From Octopus vulgaris (taxonomy: Eukaryota), in the NCBI GenBank assembly GCA_951406725.2, contig OX597816.1:147994001-148058000 (forward strand): a stretch of 64,000 bases of DNA, read 5' to 3'. Position 1 is the first letter of the stretch. Each line of letters begins with the position of its first letter. The position numbers and the translations under genes are program-made. Shown here piece by piece: positions 25,235-39,328 of this stretch. A model generated the notes under the pieces. The model searched no databases. It saw only the letters and a list, made by a program, of their open reading frames with translations, and was not told where the DNA came from.

Positions 25235-27381
25235 TAATCTTTTCTTTATTGGCCTCAAGGACTGAACACAAAACAAAAGGACGATCCGAAAGCAAGGGAA
25301 AAGTAGGGTTTAAAACAAAAATACGTGTATACAAAAGAATAACAACAATTTTAAACATAAAAAAAAATGCGAGAGTTCCAACCAGGGGCACTCAAGGAAA
25401 TCCACATTAGCTGGTCACCACTATCGCCGATGGCACGCCAACTGGGAAGCTCTCTCTTCTTCATCTTCTCAGGCTTGCATGCATATGCTCAGAGAACGCC
25501 CGTTCAAATGAAACACCCTCGCGACTTTTACCGACCGTTCAGCATAAATATTGTGGGGCAGCACTTCTCTCTCAACCTTCAGTTTCTTCTTCAAATGGAA
25601 CTTTAAAAAGTCGATGAGGGCTTAGTCGAAAAACTTGTCCCGCGCACTACCGCTCTCGCCATAGCCATCAGACAGAGGAAAACTGCCTGCCCTTCCCGGC
25701 CAAAGGAGGCCGATGGGGTGATACTCAATGTGCATGCAACACCGATTCAACGCCATGCGCGACTCTCAGACACGTCCGTCTGACAGCACTTCCGTGTTTT
25801 AGAGATTGTCTAGTCTGGCAGAGCCTCCAATCCATTGGCCCCGGCCCGAAAGTGCCTCAGGAAAGATCAGCTAATTCACCAGATACCCAGAATTTTCCAA
25901 GGATGTCGTCGCTCCTGGCCGCTACTAATTCTCTCTAGAACTCCGATGTAAAAGTCCCACCAACCACATTGCCCGACTGGTAGTGAGGTGTGAGCATCTG
26001 CCAAAACTCCGCCCTTTCTTGGTCTACACTTAATCCAGGACCGCATCTTCGTCAATGAGACGAGCTGCAGAAACTACTGTCTAACCAATGTCGACCATAC
26101 CCGTTCACTATCCATGAAACACTGGATCTGTCGCAGCCTCAGCTCAGGTCTGCACATCATTAGCCATGGAATGCCCAACCTTCCGTGCAGTGGTTGCTGA
26201 CAACAAATAGATGGAACCCATCCTTTCCATAGAAAGCAGAAGATTAAGCGCTGTAGCTTGATCAGCAGGGCAACAAAAAGGTCAGGTGGTAGTACATGAC
26301 GGAAGTGATGTACACATTCGCCACCTCTACCCTACCTTTCTAGGTGAGACTGGACATCCTGCTCGCCTCCGCCCCCAGTTCTTGTCCACTTGCTTGTCCG
26401 GACCACACCAGACACTGAGTAATTTAACCGGTCCTTCAGTCCAGCATCTTACGAAGCTGTCGGATGGCATGCACCTGCCTCTCCATGTGCTGAACGGCTG
26501 AGCCATCGAGTTCTCCAAGTTAATCTTTGCGCCAGTCACCGCTTGGTACTCACTTAAGGATGTACCGATCACTCCCATTTCCGAGATGTCCGACAATATT
26601 ACGATGGCGTCGTCGCATAACCTGAAACGAATATTTTGCATCCTAGTTCACGCGGGATGACTCTTGAAACATCCAGCTTCCGTGGCAATGAGTCGAGAGC
26701 CTGCATGTACAGACGCAGCGAGAGGGTGCGTCCTTGATGCACCGAACGTACGATGGTAAACGATTTAGTAAGTGGCATTTACATTGACCACGGAGCATAT
26801 GTTTTTTTTGTGGCTTTGAGGGATTTGGCGATGGCAGTAAGAGGATCTCTGTGGTTCCCTGTCTTCTGTTGAAGGCAGTAAGTTCTCAATTGGCCAGTCT
26901 TCCCACACGAATGACACTGAGACCTTCCACTCTCAACCGTAATGTACAGTTCTTCCCCTCTTGAAAGGCGGATGCGATCTGGAATGTTGTGGATAGTATG
27001 CGAGTTGATATGTAGTATTGCCTCCACCATGATGCCAGGCCAGTTTTCATGACGGCTTCGCTTAACTTCTAGGAGGCTGTTATTTCCAAGACAATGCATG
27101 CTAAAATCCACCATATATTTACCTCTTGTAGAATTCCAAAGATCTTCAATTTCACCCCCGCCCCTTCCTAAATATGATGGATGGAGAACATATTTATCGC
27201 TCCGACAGTGTTTGACGACCAGAGTTTGGCTGTTGAAAAGCACTAAAATGCACAGTAATTGCTTGACATCGAGATATACACTATATCTGGTAATATCTAA
27301 TTCAGCGCTCCTTCCACTTCTGTCTGACTTGCTGTCTCCGGCCGTTTTGTGTTTATAGGAATACATTAATGTCTTACTGGA

Positions 27382-27431
<50 letters not shown>

Positions 27432-28120
27432 CGTGTGTGTGTGTGTGTCTGTCTGTGTCTGTGTTTCTGCTAACGCTTCGGGTTTGATTAGTTCGCCCAT
27501 TTGGGCCAGACATGTCTTATAGTAGGATATCTATATTATACAGATCAGTACTTCTAATAGACGTTGCTACGAATATATTGTTATTGTTGCTGATGTTATA
27601 GTTATTTACGTTGGTATTAATGTTACCATTTGTGTTGATGTGGCTATTGTTGTTTTTTTGCTTTTCATTGTCATAATTTTTGTTGTTGCAGAGGTGGTGG
27701 TGGTGGTGACGGTAATGGAGGTGATTGTGGTGGTGTTGGTGTTTGTGCCGGCTATGTTTGTGTCCGTATTGTCGCTGTTGTTTGATTATCATGGTATTGT
27801 TGCTTTCATTGAAGGCGGGAGGGTTAATGCTGTTAGAATTAAACTCTAGCCTTGAGTTGATGTTGCTGTTGCTGCTCTTAGTTGTCACATGTGTAGTATG
27901 GTCCACTGGACTTTGGGCTTGGTTAGTGTTCACATTACTTTCCATTTGGGAAGTTGAACGCAGAGGACTCGAACGTGTATTGCAAATCTCTATCAGGGCT
28001 ACTTCTGACTTCCTACTCCGTGTCAGTTTGCTTTTAAAATTATTTTTTCCCAAAACAAAATCAAAATATTTTCCGAATTTGTGTCACCAAAAGGCTACAA
28101 ACAAATCGACGAGTCATATG
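25235..28120 (-). mobile_element. L1/Tx1-clade LINE relic with an internal deletion (ORF1 remnant joined to the RT C-terminal half)
   Basis: ORF1-like zinc knuckle CHSCGKTGQLRTYC (~26880-26920). RT motifs RSVHQGRTLSLRLYMQALD, YA-DD and YQAVTGAKINLENS. AATAAA near the 3' end (~25243). Confidence 0.75.
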
Positions 28121-28231
28121 TAGTCCTAGTGGTTTCACAAATATTTTGTAACAAAATTAAAGAGTCAACAATTTTTGGAGACAGAAATAGGTAAACGTAC
28201 GAGTGATACGACGCGCACCCAACCAGTACGG

Positions 28232-28314
<83 letters not shown>

Positions 28315-28317
28315 TAG

Positions 28318-28410
28318 AATAAGAGCATCACAACAAATCACAGTACATACCCAAGGCACACAGAGCTGCGCTCGGTAGTGAAGTGAAAGCACGCTATAAA
28401 AATAAAACTA

Positions 28411-28414
<4 letters not shown>
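28318..28414 (+). mobile_element. 3'UTR-only copy of the second Dong-type family between TAA arrays
   Basis: Reverse complement of 12804-12900 and 18268-18360. Confidence 0.9.
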
Positions 28415-28451
<37 letters not shown>

Positions 28452-28463
28452 TAATAATAATAA

Positions 28464-31400
28464 CACGAGCCAATCAAAGCTAAAAAATGATAACATTATC
28501 GTAGCACCAAAATGTTTTTGGAAACTAAAAGGAAAACTAAATCAGTATACCAAATCGCTTGTCCTATGGTTAATCTGGAAGCGCGTCCCCCAGGGAAGAG
28601 CCAGCCTGGGATCGAAAAGTCATCAACTGGCACAAACTCTTCTCCGAATACGGACATGGATGGTCACTTGAACGGGAAATCCCCCAACTCGAGCCCTCCA
28701 AGTTCACCACCACAACCACCACAGAAAGAAAAATGTAAGCGGAACAAATGGACCCGAGAAGAGTATAAAGAAGTAATATACGCTTATTACTATGCATTAG
28801 GTAGGCCATCTCAAGAGAGACACACCGCAGACTCTTACAGTATATGGAGAACACGGAATCAAGACAGTAGGCCCTATTTGGACGAGAACAAATTAGCAAA
28901 TGTGAGGAGGGATATCCTTAGAAATAATAGACTCACAGACAGTGAAATAAGCGCGATCAAGCACGCAACGGAAAATGACATAAATATAAGACACAAAGGA
29001 AATGAAGAATCAGATGAACAGTATAGCCCGCCACGAGGCTTAATTGAAAGACTGCCATCTGACCAAAGTACGCAAAGGCCTGAAGATACAAGAAATTCTA
29101 TTGTGCCTGTTAAAGATAGCCAGGAAAACGAAAAAAACAACAGTAACTGAAGATCTCGCATTTGCTGAAGAACACAGAGAGTCTATGGCAGAAATGAGGC
29201 AGAAAATCCTGAATACTCTTGAAGTTGTAAGACATACAAGTATGAATGATAGAGAACCACTTCATAAACTCTCAAATACAAACCAAAATAAAAAACAAAT
29301 CCAAATTGGCAACTATGTAACAAATGAAATAATACGAGAATTAAAACCTGATTTTACTGAGTTAAAAAAAATTATTTACGCTTCTGCTAGGGCAATTGAA
29401 ACCAGTTGTATGCCCCCGAAAAAACAAAGAAAACAAAACCTGGGAAGAAATCAAACCTGGAGAAGTAAAATTGAAAAAGAGATTGAATTTATGAGAGGGG
29501 AAATATCAATATTAAATGAACTAATATGTGGAAATGATGTAAGATCCAGAACAGGAAGAAAGATGAAGAGAAAATTTGGATCCTCACCAAGAGAAGAACT
29601 GATATCAATAAAAGAAACGCTGAAACAAAAAAGTCCAAGCAAAAGCCCAAAGAATACGAAGATTTGAGAAGAGAAACAAGTTTTACAAGCAAAATAAGCT
29701 GTTCACATCCAATGCCAAAACATTCTACAGAGAAATAGGGAAGGAGAAAGTAACCGTTAAAGACCCCCCTCCCATGGAAGAAGTTCAAAACTTTTGGAAA
29801 AGGATTTGGAGTGACAAGAAGACGTACAACATAAATGCAGACTGGATTATACAAACTGAAGGATCCTACCAAAATTTACAACAAAAAGCATGGGAAGACA
29901 TCACAATAGCAGACCTAAGAAAGGCACTCACGAAGGCCCATAATTGGAAATCCCCCGGTAAAGATAAGGTGCCGAATTTCTGGCTCGCATCGCTCCCATG
30001 CGCACACGGTAAGCTAGTTCAGCTGTTCAATGGAATTATGAGAGACCCAAAGAAAACACCTGAATGGTTAGCAAGTGGCATTACTTACCTACTCCCAAAG
30101 AATAACGAAACCAACCTTCCAAAAAACTATCGGCCTATAACCTGTCTATCCATCACGTATAAAATCCTAACATCTATCCTGGCGGAGAAAACATATGCAT
30201 TCATGGAGAAGAACGATATTTTCCCCATTGAACAAAAAGGGTGCCGCCGAGGCTCTTACGGATGCAAAGATCAACTGCTAATCAATCGTATGATCCTTGA
30301 GAACTGTCACAACAAGCGCAGAAATCTCAGCACCGCATGGATTGACTATAAAAAGGCCTTCGACAGTATACCGCATCCATGGATCTTGAGATCGCTGGAC
30401 ATCTTCAAAATTTCCCTGTGATTTCAAACTTCCTGAAGCACAATATGTCGTTGTGGAATACGAATCTCCAATTATACCACTCTAATGGAGTACTTGCCTC
30501 AGAAAATATAAACATCAACTGTGGAATTTTTCAAGGTGACTCACTTTCACCTTTAATATTCTGCATAGCCCTAATACCCCTTACAAGTGAATTAAACAGA
30601 ACAGGGTATGGGTATAAAATTGCCAATAAAAAAATAAGCCATCTATTTTATATGGATGACTTAAAACTTTATGGTAAAGACAATAATGAACTTGAAGGCC
30701 TATTGCGCACCGTGAAAGCATTCAGCGATGACATCGGGATGGAGTTTGGACTTGAGAAGTGTGCCAAGGCCACTTTCCAGAAAGGGAAAGTGAAGACCAC
30801 AAATTCAGTCGTGTTAGATGTTGACACAGTCATAAGAGAGCTTGAGCAAGAACAAACATACAAATATTTAGGGATAAATGAAGGCTCTGGTATTCAGCAT
30901 GCAAGCATGAAAGAGAAAATCAGGAAGGAATGTTATAGGAGAGTTCGTGCAGTCCTGAAATCTGAACTAAATGCACGTAACAAGGTGTTAGCTATACATT
31001 CCTTAGCAGTTCCAGTTGTTACATATAGCTACAATGTGTTGAACTGGAATATGAGTGAAGTAAAGAATATAGATAGAAAAATACGCAAGCTGCTGAGTTG
31101 TAATAGGATGCACCACCCAAAGGCAGGCGTAGATCGCCTTTACCTTCCCAGAGCCCAAGGAGGCCGAGGCCTGATCCAATTTGAACTAGCTTACAAAACA
31201 ACCACAATTGGACTGGCCAAATATCTCGAAATATCGAATGACTGGATGCTAAAGATCGTGGAAAATCACGAGAGACGAAAGAAGCTTCATTCTATCATCA
31301 AGGAAAGCAAAAAATTTGCTATTGATCTCGTGCAGGATACCCAAACTGAACAACCCGAGGGTAGTACGGCAACTATTGTTGCAAAAAGGTGAAAATGATG

Positions 31401-32376
31401 ACAATGAAAAAAGCGCACGAGCAATTGGCTGATAGGTGGGAGGAGAAACCTCTGCACGGCAAATACGTGACCCGCAGCAAACAAGCTGATGTTGACCAGA
31501 AGCAAACCCATCAGTGGCTGCGGAGCTCAGGGCTAAAAGCAGAGAGCGAAGGTTTCATCCTGGCTGCTCAAGACCAAAGCCTATTAACCCGGAACTACCA
31601 GGCCAATGTGATGAAAAATGGAGCAGACCCAAAATGCCGATTCTGCAACGACATGATTGAAACAGTGGACCACCTAATCTCTGGATGTAAAGTCTTAGCA
31701 CCAGTGGAGTATAAATTAAGACATGACAGAGTTGGCCAATATCTCCACTGGCTAATAAGTCGGCATTACAATATCAAAACTGCCGACAAGTGGTATAATC
31801 ACCACCCTGAGGCTGTAACTGAAGGAGAAAATGTAACCATTATGTGGGACTTTCCAGTACATACAGACCGAACCATCAAGGCCAATAAACCAGATATTGT
31901 TGTGAAAGACCAAAACAATAAAGTTTGCTTATTGATCGACATGAGCATCCCCTGTGATCATAATATCTCAGCGAAAGAGTTTGACAAGCTCAGAAAATAT
32001 AAAGACCTACTCATTGAAATTGAGAAAATGTGGCATCTCAAGGCGGTTACAATACCAGTGATCGTAGGAGCACTAGGAATGATCAAGAAGGGAACCGAAA
32101 ATTATATGAGAATGATCCCTGGCTTACCATCCCTGCAAGAAGTGCAAAAGATTGTCTTAACTGGTACATCACACGTATTGAGAAGAGCATTGTCGATGTG
32201 AGAACTGTTGCTGCTCATGTATTTTAATTTAACTTAAAAAAAAAAATTTAAAAAAAATGAACGAACTACTGAGTTTGGTTTAATGGCCTACCAATATACA
32301 CTATGAGTTTCTTTGCCCTAGGAGTCGGGAAGACACTCGGCAAGAAATGGAAGAAAATTTGAAAGAAGAAAAATAA
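28464..32376 (+). mobile_element. R4/Dong-clade non-LTR retrotransposon inserted in (TAA)n
   Basis: TAA arrays on both flanks, a single-ORF RT+RLE architecture and a short 3'UTR. Confidence 0.95.
28512..32201 (+). pseudogene. LINE polyprotein (~1230 codons): N-terminal domain, reverse transcriptase, CCHC zinc knuckle and restriction-like endonuclease; four 1-bp frameshifts
   Basis: Motifs KSPGKD, NYRPITCL, EQKGC, IDYKKAFDS, GIFQGDSLSP, FYMDDLK, YKYLG, CRFC..ETVDHLISGC, RHD and KPDIVV..IDM..K..KY. Spread over five overlapping ORFs. Confidence 0.93.
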
Positions 32377-32411
32377 AGTAATAATAATAATAATAATGAT
32401 GATGATGATAA

Positions 32412-32645
32412 TGCCCTGATGTAGTACAAGGCACTGGCTCCCATGGCTTTTAATTTTTACTGGTTGGAAGTGTTATCATGTACAAGATTTGACATGGTAT
32501 AAAAGATGGGCTACACCAAACCACAGATTTGCTTGTCAGTTGTTTGACCGTAACAAGTTGAGCATGTCCATTAGTAACCGAAGATATATGCATCTCTGAT
32601 CACGAGCAGTAGTTGGGGGACCATCATAGCCATGTGTTGGGAGGA
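32412..32645 (+). repeat. Family X repeat, 5' portion starting directly after a TAA/TGA tract
   Basis: Homologous to 14093-14260. Confidence 0.7.
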
Positions 32646-32653
32646 GAACGTCT

Positions 32654-32725
32654 TTTATGTTTCGAGCCTACACTCTTCAACAGAAAGGAACACGAGGAAA
32701 TGAACAGAGAGAGAATAAAAAAAAA
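32654..32725 (-). mobile_element. Partial copy of the short variant-hammerhead repeat
   Basis: Minus strand CTGTTGA-A-GAGT gtag GCTC-GAAAC-ATA. Confidence 0.6.
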
Positions 32726-32735
32726 ACTTTTAGAG

Positions 32736-32785
<50 letters not shown>

Positions 32786-34052
32786 TTCTCCCACGAAAAT
32801 GACTGAATATATATTAAGTTCAACTTTCAGATATAGCGAGCACTTCTAGTTTTCATCAGTAATTCAGTTCTCAACCAAATTGAATGCGACTTTTTTTTAG
32901 CAATAATGATCCAGTTTTCAAGTATATTTCGAGATGAGATAATTGAAATTTTGTTCATTAGAAAAAAGTTAGGTCAAGATATCTGAGATCGAAAATGGGA
33001 GAGTAAGACGAAACATTGATTTTGAATCAAAATATCAGTTATTTTAAAAGAAATGTATAGATTAATTGGGTTTAAAAGAATGTGCGCATAGAGAAAAGTC
33101 TCTTGGAGAAAACTTCGTTAAAAGTGTTAAATAGGAAAAATGTTGTATGGCTTTAAGTGACAAAAAAAGGTAACCTTCAAAATTGATTTTGAATCAAAAT
33201 ACCTCAGCTATTCAATAGTTGTGTTCAAAGGAAAGAGTTCTATGAGATGAATCTTATGGTGAAAACTTCGTCAAAAATATTAATTAGCTTTAAAAACGTG
33301 GTGATCATTGTAACAAATTAAAACATTTTCCCCATTTTAAGATATAAAAGACGGCACCTAGTGTCGTAGGTCGCTTAGCTTAAAACTACATCACGCTTAA
33401 CTGGAGTTTCAGAGGTAGGAATTCGATCCTCTATATCGTCTTGCTAGCCATTTCTTCCGTTTACTAAAGGTATTTAGTCAATTTTCTAAACTATTTTCAC
33501 AGTTATTCAGCGTTCGAGAATTAGTTCGAATGTAAGATCTCTATGAGCAGAATCTTATGATGAAAACCTTGTCAAAGTATTAGCTGCGAAACACTTTTTG
33601 TCTTCCAGTGACGGAAAGAGGTAATAATTCTAAGAAATCAACGTATTTTTGTCTTATCTGAACTCCAATGAAATAGTTCCTCCAAATGTATATTTTGGAA
33701 CGCTCTAAGAATATTAAGCATAAACATAGATTTGTATTTTGTCACATTAATTTCTATTATTTTGTTTATGTATTAAATCATTTACATATTAAAACATTAA
33801 AATGTTTTCACTCGTGGAAAAAACAAATTATTATTTATTTAATTAGAATATAACACTTTCATAATAAAAATTGTTTAAAACTATATTTATTTGTAACAGA
33901 TATGCTGCTATTAATCTTTTGTTATTTTTATGTGAAAACAAACTCTAAGTTTGAATAAAATCCTATTTACAATAGAATAATTTCCGAATTATAAAGGTTA
34001 ATATAATTATAATAATAGAAGCGTTTCCTTGAGAAAAAATGGACTAGAATGA

Positions 34053-34940
34053 AAAATGCGAGCGCAGAATCCTAAAATATTCTTAAGTATTGAACCTTGA
34101 AAATATAGAACAAGCAATTATTAAGTCTGGAAAAGTAAAGAACAAGAAAAAAAACTTATAATATTACCGCTGATGTTAGAATTTATTAAATACATTTCTG
34201 ACATTGTTCAAGAAATAGTGTGTATACTATTTTGTTCTTTATACTTTTTAAAAATTTTTATTTCAATGTTTTTTTTAAATTGAAGTTAATATTTTTTATT
34301 TAATTTTTTTTCCAAAATACTAAAACATGTCCGTCTTATTTTAGTACTATATATTATTTTTGTATGTTTTTTCTTTACAAAACGCATACACACATTTTAA
34401 ATCACATATATATCACTTTATAAAATTAAACTTAAGTAGAATATATGTAATTCAAAAGAGTAAAATATAGTAAAACAAGATTTTTTGGGGAAACAAAAGA
34501 ATTGATTTCTTTAAAGTTTGCATTATCAGATAACAAAATATTTTCTTTTTACATTTCGAAAAATATTTTTAAAAAATGAAAGCTAATGAAAAAAATTGTG
34601 CGCAGAATATAGAAATTACGCTTTAGTTTTTTAAAACTTGCTACTATTTTATGTTTTAAATATATAAATCAAATGTTTGATGTGTAAAATTGCAGGTAAT
34701 TAGTATTTTCACTAAAACTGAAAATAATAGTTTCTTGCGTATTTTAATTTAAATATTTAAGCAAAATAAAAATATAAAAGGGCATTTATTACTATTTTAA
34801 TTTTTAGATTCTAACGTCAGCAGCAAAATGTTAAGCTTTTTCTTGCCGTCCGGTACTTTTCCAAGCTAAATTACAACTTGTTTTGTAATTTTCCAGGTTC
34901 AATACTTTAGAATATTTTAGGATTCTGAGCCCACATTCGT
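34053..34940. mobile_element. Old MITE with ~135-bp degenerate TIRs
   Basis: cagaatcctaaaatattct..agtattgaacct pairs with aggttcaatact..agaatattttaggattctg. gctgatgttagaat pairs with attctaacgtcagc. Confidence 0.7.
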
Positions 34941-34959
34941 TATTATATATATATATACT

Positions 34960-36115
34960 CGTAAGACCTAGGAGTTCGTTTATATATTTGTCTTCACATT
35001 TTTGTTATTGGCAGAGAACTTGCTGTTATAAGGATGGTTTCAGTTTTCAGGTCCCACAATAGGGTTAATTCTGCTTCCATATTTTTATATTCCAACAGTT
35101 TTTCAAATTCTTTTAGAGACACACTGTCATTTATAGGGACTGGTATGACGATTAGGAATATTATGTTTTACGACTTGGTTCATGACAATATTTAGTCGGT
35201 TAGTCTTGATTTCCCTATAAATGTGCATCGGTGTATCCCAGTGTACAGTTGCCTTGTCACTATCTGTAACCTTTTCTTGGATATGTATATACCACATCAT
35301 CTCTGTTTGTATTCCATAGTACTAGCACAACTTCCAATATAGTCAGTCCAACTCTATCGTATCTGCAGACATAGTCTTTCTTGGATAAAGCTAGGTAGCA
35401 AGAGACAATATAATTCTGTTTCTTGCCGATCATCATATATTATGTAGTTACTGTATTCTGCTTCATTATTCCATTAATTTTTTATGGGGTGTCGGATGGA
35501 GAGGCTTTGATATTGCATAGCAATTAAGAGCTTTCCAATCCTTTCTCTGAATCCTGCTTTTTTCAACAATGTTGGGATTTTTCAATGTTTATTTCTATTT
35601 TATTCAGCGTATTTGCCATGTTCAGTCTTTTGTTCTCATCGCTTTATCATTGCATTTTGTAGTTCCAGTTTAAACTTAGATTTCACTGATTTACAGTTTG
35701 TGTTGCTTCTTATTTTTATTTATAGCTGTCAGTTATTGTGACACATGGTACGCAGTTTTCCACATTCTTGAACACAGAAAATAGTTCTTTTATTTTGTTT
35801 TGCTCATATTTTGTAGCTATTTGTATCATTTGTCTGTGATTCTGAATTTGATATTCTAGTAGTCCAATGGGGAATATTTTATAGTTGTTTTCTAATGTAT
35901 ACGGTTACTTACTGCCTTCAACTCGTGGTTTATATAATCATTTAGCAGATTTTGTGTGGCGTATTCTAGATCCACTTCTTACTTTCCTTTTCGTTCTGTC
36001 TCATTCTGATGCTTTATTTCGTGTCCAGTTAAGAATATTGTAATACATCATTTAACTGGAATAACCTCAGAGGAATTTTGAAAGTGAAGCTTTTGCTTAC
36101 TATCAAAACCTTGCA
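34960..36115 (-). mobile_element. Degenerate 3' half of an RLE-type LINE
   Basis: The minus strand retains remnants of thumb, zinc-knuckle and endonuclease motifs (NILNWT, LYW, HWDT, P.NDSVSLKE). Confidence 0.6.
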
Positions 36116-36313
36116 ACAACAAGACCTACACAACATTGCCGTCGTAGAAAGGACTGGACCGCAAGACTAACAGCAGTATAAGTATTAATAACAATAACAT
36201 TAACAAAAATAACAGCAACAGCAATAGTAGATACAGTCACAACTGCATCAAAGATGAAAATAATAACAGTAGGAATGATAACGTGTGAAATAGAGTAGCA
36301 GACAGTAGCAGTA

Positions 36314-38015
36314 AAACCTCTTGCAGTCTCTAAGTACAGTTTTGTCTTTCAGGAGTTGATCCTTGATACCTCTGCATTTACGCTTGCAACCTTTCTGTTC
36401 ATGTGACAGGACTCCATTTTTTTCCGGATGTTCGTACATTTCTGGATGTTCGTAATTTCCACATAAGTGGCAAACATGATATCGGCCTGTAATTATCTAC
36501 CGCATTGCCTTTTTCGATATTTTTCAGGCACAGCACTGTCCTACCCAATGTTAACCACTCTGGTGTTACTTGGTCGGCATTTAACAAGGTGTTGATTTGC
36601 GCAGCTATTCGTGCATGTCATTCACCAAATCTTTTGACCCAGTAGCCTTGAACTCTATCTGGTCCCGGGGCCTTCCAGTTGTTTTTTTGTTTTGCTTCTC
36701 TTCCCTTCCCTAATTGAATTGACTTCTGTCTGTTTTGGACAGACGACTGTTTATTCCCGTTCTTGCAACCATTCAGTATCCTTCTTATGCTCTTTATCTT
36801 TGCTCCAGATGTCACTCTAAAACCTTTGACTTTCAATGTTATCTGGTATCAACTTTTCATCAGTACACTCTCCATTTATTTCTTTATAGAATCTCTTCTG
36901 ATCTACTCTGAATAACCTATTCTGGTGATAACGCTTCATTCATTGGTCGTATCTTACCATCTTTGCTTTCTTTGGAACGAGGCGCTGTTTTAGTTCTTCC
37001 ATTATACTTCCTTTTCAGCGTCCTGTATTTATGTTCGCTTCTAAGCTCACCTTCCTCTTTTCGGGCTAACACAGAAATTTCCTTCGTGAGCATATCTACC
37101 CCTACATGGATCCTTTTTTTCCACCATAGCTGTTTTCTTTTGTCACTTCCATTTTGTTTCTTTTTCTTGACATCAACACCCACGTTGTCTGCTACAACAA
37201 TACTTGCTGCTTTGATCAAATTATTTGTTTCTGTAATTTTGTTTGTTCTGATGTATTTCAGAATATCATTAACATTTTTCATTTCTTGGTCCAACTTTCA
37301 CCAGTCAACCTTTTTAAGGTTGCAAATGATATTGCTATCGTTCTCCTGTAATCTTCTTGCCTTTATTCTGTCGTAGATTGCCTTTTGTTCATCTGTAATG
37401 TCGCAATTAGTTTTATTGTCTTCTTTTAGATCATCTATATGTCTCTCATCAAGTAAACTACCAGTGTTCCTTTCCTGTGCTATGAGATTACTTTTATTAG
37501 TAAGAACTGTATTTTCATCGTTATCTCTGCTGCTATTTTCCAAGATCCGTCTTTTGATAGCATTGAGCTCTACTTCTGTGAACCAACGATTTTTTCTTAT
37601 TTCTCTAGCTTGATTACATAATCTCTGTTCGGTGATTTGAAACAATCCTTTTTCTCTCCAATGATCATACATACGTTATCAGTAACCCCTAATTTGAGCA
37701 CCATTTTCATCTACCGGGCTGCTCAAGTAGTAACACTCCATGACCACAGCGTCAATTTGCTTGCTCCATCTACGCCGTGTGTGGTGGTCCCTTTCTGGAT
37801 ACTGACTGGCTGGAGCCGGACTAGAATCTATGAGCCTACCGGGTGCAACTCAGTCACCATCAATAACTCCAGTTTCGTTACCACCGTTATTCACAATATT
37901 GTGACTCATATGAGGTAGCGATTATCAGGTTGCCCAATTACCAGTGTTTTTATTGTGACACCATCACTAGATGTATCATTAATCAGTACAATGGGAGACT
38001 CCACCTGCTCCTTGT
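36314..38015 (-). mobile_element. 5' half of another Dong/R4-type LINE starting at a long (TAA)n array
   Basis: [91 protein letters not shown]. Confidence 0.85.
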
Positions 38016-38036
38016 TAATATTATTATTATTATTAA

Positions 38037-38159
<123 letters not shown>

Positions 38160-38161
38160 CA

Positions 38162-38192
<31 letters not shown>

Positions 38193-38206
38193 TATTATTA
38201 CCATTA

Positions 38207-38247
<41 letters not shown>

Positions 38248-38264
38248 AATAATAATAATGATGC

Positions 38265-38475
38265 GGTGCGCTGGCAGATTCCTTACCATGACAGGAAAAA
38301 TGCATAGCGGCACTTCGTCTGCCTTTACGTTCTGAGTTCAGATATCGCTGAGGTCGACCTTGCCTTTCATTCTTTCGGGGTTGATAAAATAAGTACCAAT
38401 TGATCACGGGATTTGATATAATGGACTTAACCGCCTTCAGAAATTGCTGATTGTGGCAAAATTTGAAACCAGTAT
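38265..38475 (+). mobile_element. SINE family 2
   Basis: gctggcagattcc head, ctgagttcag, ttgcctttcattctttcggggttgataaaataagtacc. Confidence 0.8.
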
Positions 38476-38832
38476 TGTCACTACTAGTACCCTAACGCAG
38501 TCTTTTTACATAGACCTCATATGACGTTTTCTACTTTGTTCCATTGGAGGCACATAACACCAACCAGCTTAATACTATGTAATGCCTTCTGCAGTGTTCG
38601 CTTTGTTGTGTTACATTTTTTGGAAAAATTAATGCAGAATAGAAGAGGTTACTTGTTATACTTAAAAACTACTTACTCTCTCGACACGGGTCGGATATGA
38701 AAGACAAATTTGACCCGGGCAGGATTCCAAATCAAAACGTAAAAAGCCGAAAGAATTTGCAGTACTTTGAGATTTCCCATTTAACAGCAAAAAGACGATA
38801 CATGCAAAAAAACAATTATAATAATATGAAGA

Positions 38833-39199
38833 AGTGGCTGTGTGGTAAGTAGCTTGCTAACCAACCACATGGTTCCGGGTTCAGTCCCACTGCGTGGCAT
38901 CTTGGGCAAGTGTCTTCTGCTATAGCCCCGGGCCGACCAATGCCTTGTGAGTGGATTTGGTAGAAGGAAACTGAAAGAAGCCTGTCGTATATATGTATAT
39001 ATATATATGTATATGTATGTATGTGTATGTGTTTGTGCGTCTGTGTTTGTACCCCTAGCATCACTTAGCGGTTTGGCAAAAGAGACCGATAGAATAAGTA
39101 CTAGGCTTACAAAGAATAAGTCCCGGGGTCGATTTGCTCGACTAAAGGCGGTGCTCCAGCATGGCCGCAGTCAAATGACTGAAACATGTAAAAGAGTAA
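38833..39199 (+). mobile_element. SINE family 3
   Basis: Full tRNA-like head, body and tail. Confidence 0.9.
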
Positions 39200-39328
39200 C
39201 CGCAAGGATTTTAAACTTGATATAAGTTCACCACCAGAAAACAACCAAACACACGTGAGTTCATACAACCACACACACTGTGACGCACGCACACAAATAC
39301 ATATATATATATGTATACATATATATAT

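Noticed and set aside
27517-28053. 178-aa Asn/His-rich ORF as a host gene
   Set aside because: It lies in the 5' part of the LINE relic and is largely trinucleotide low-complexity sequence.
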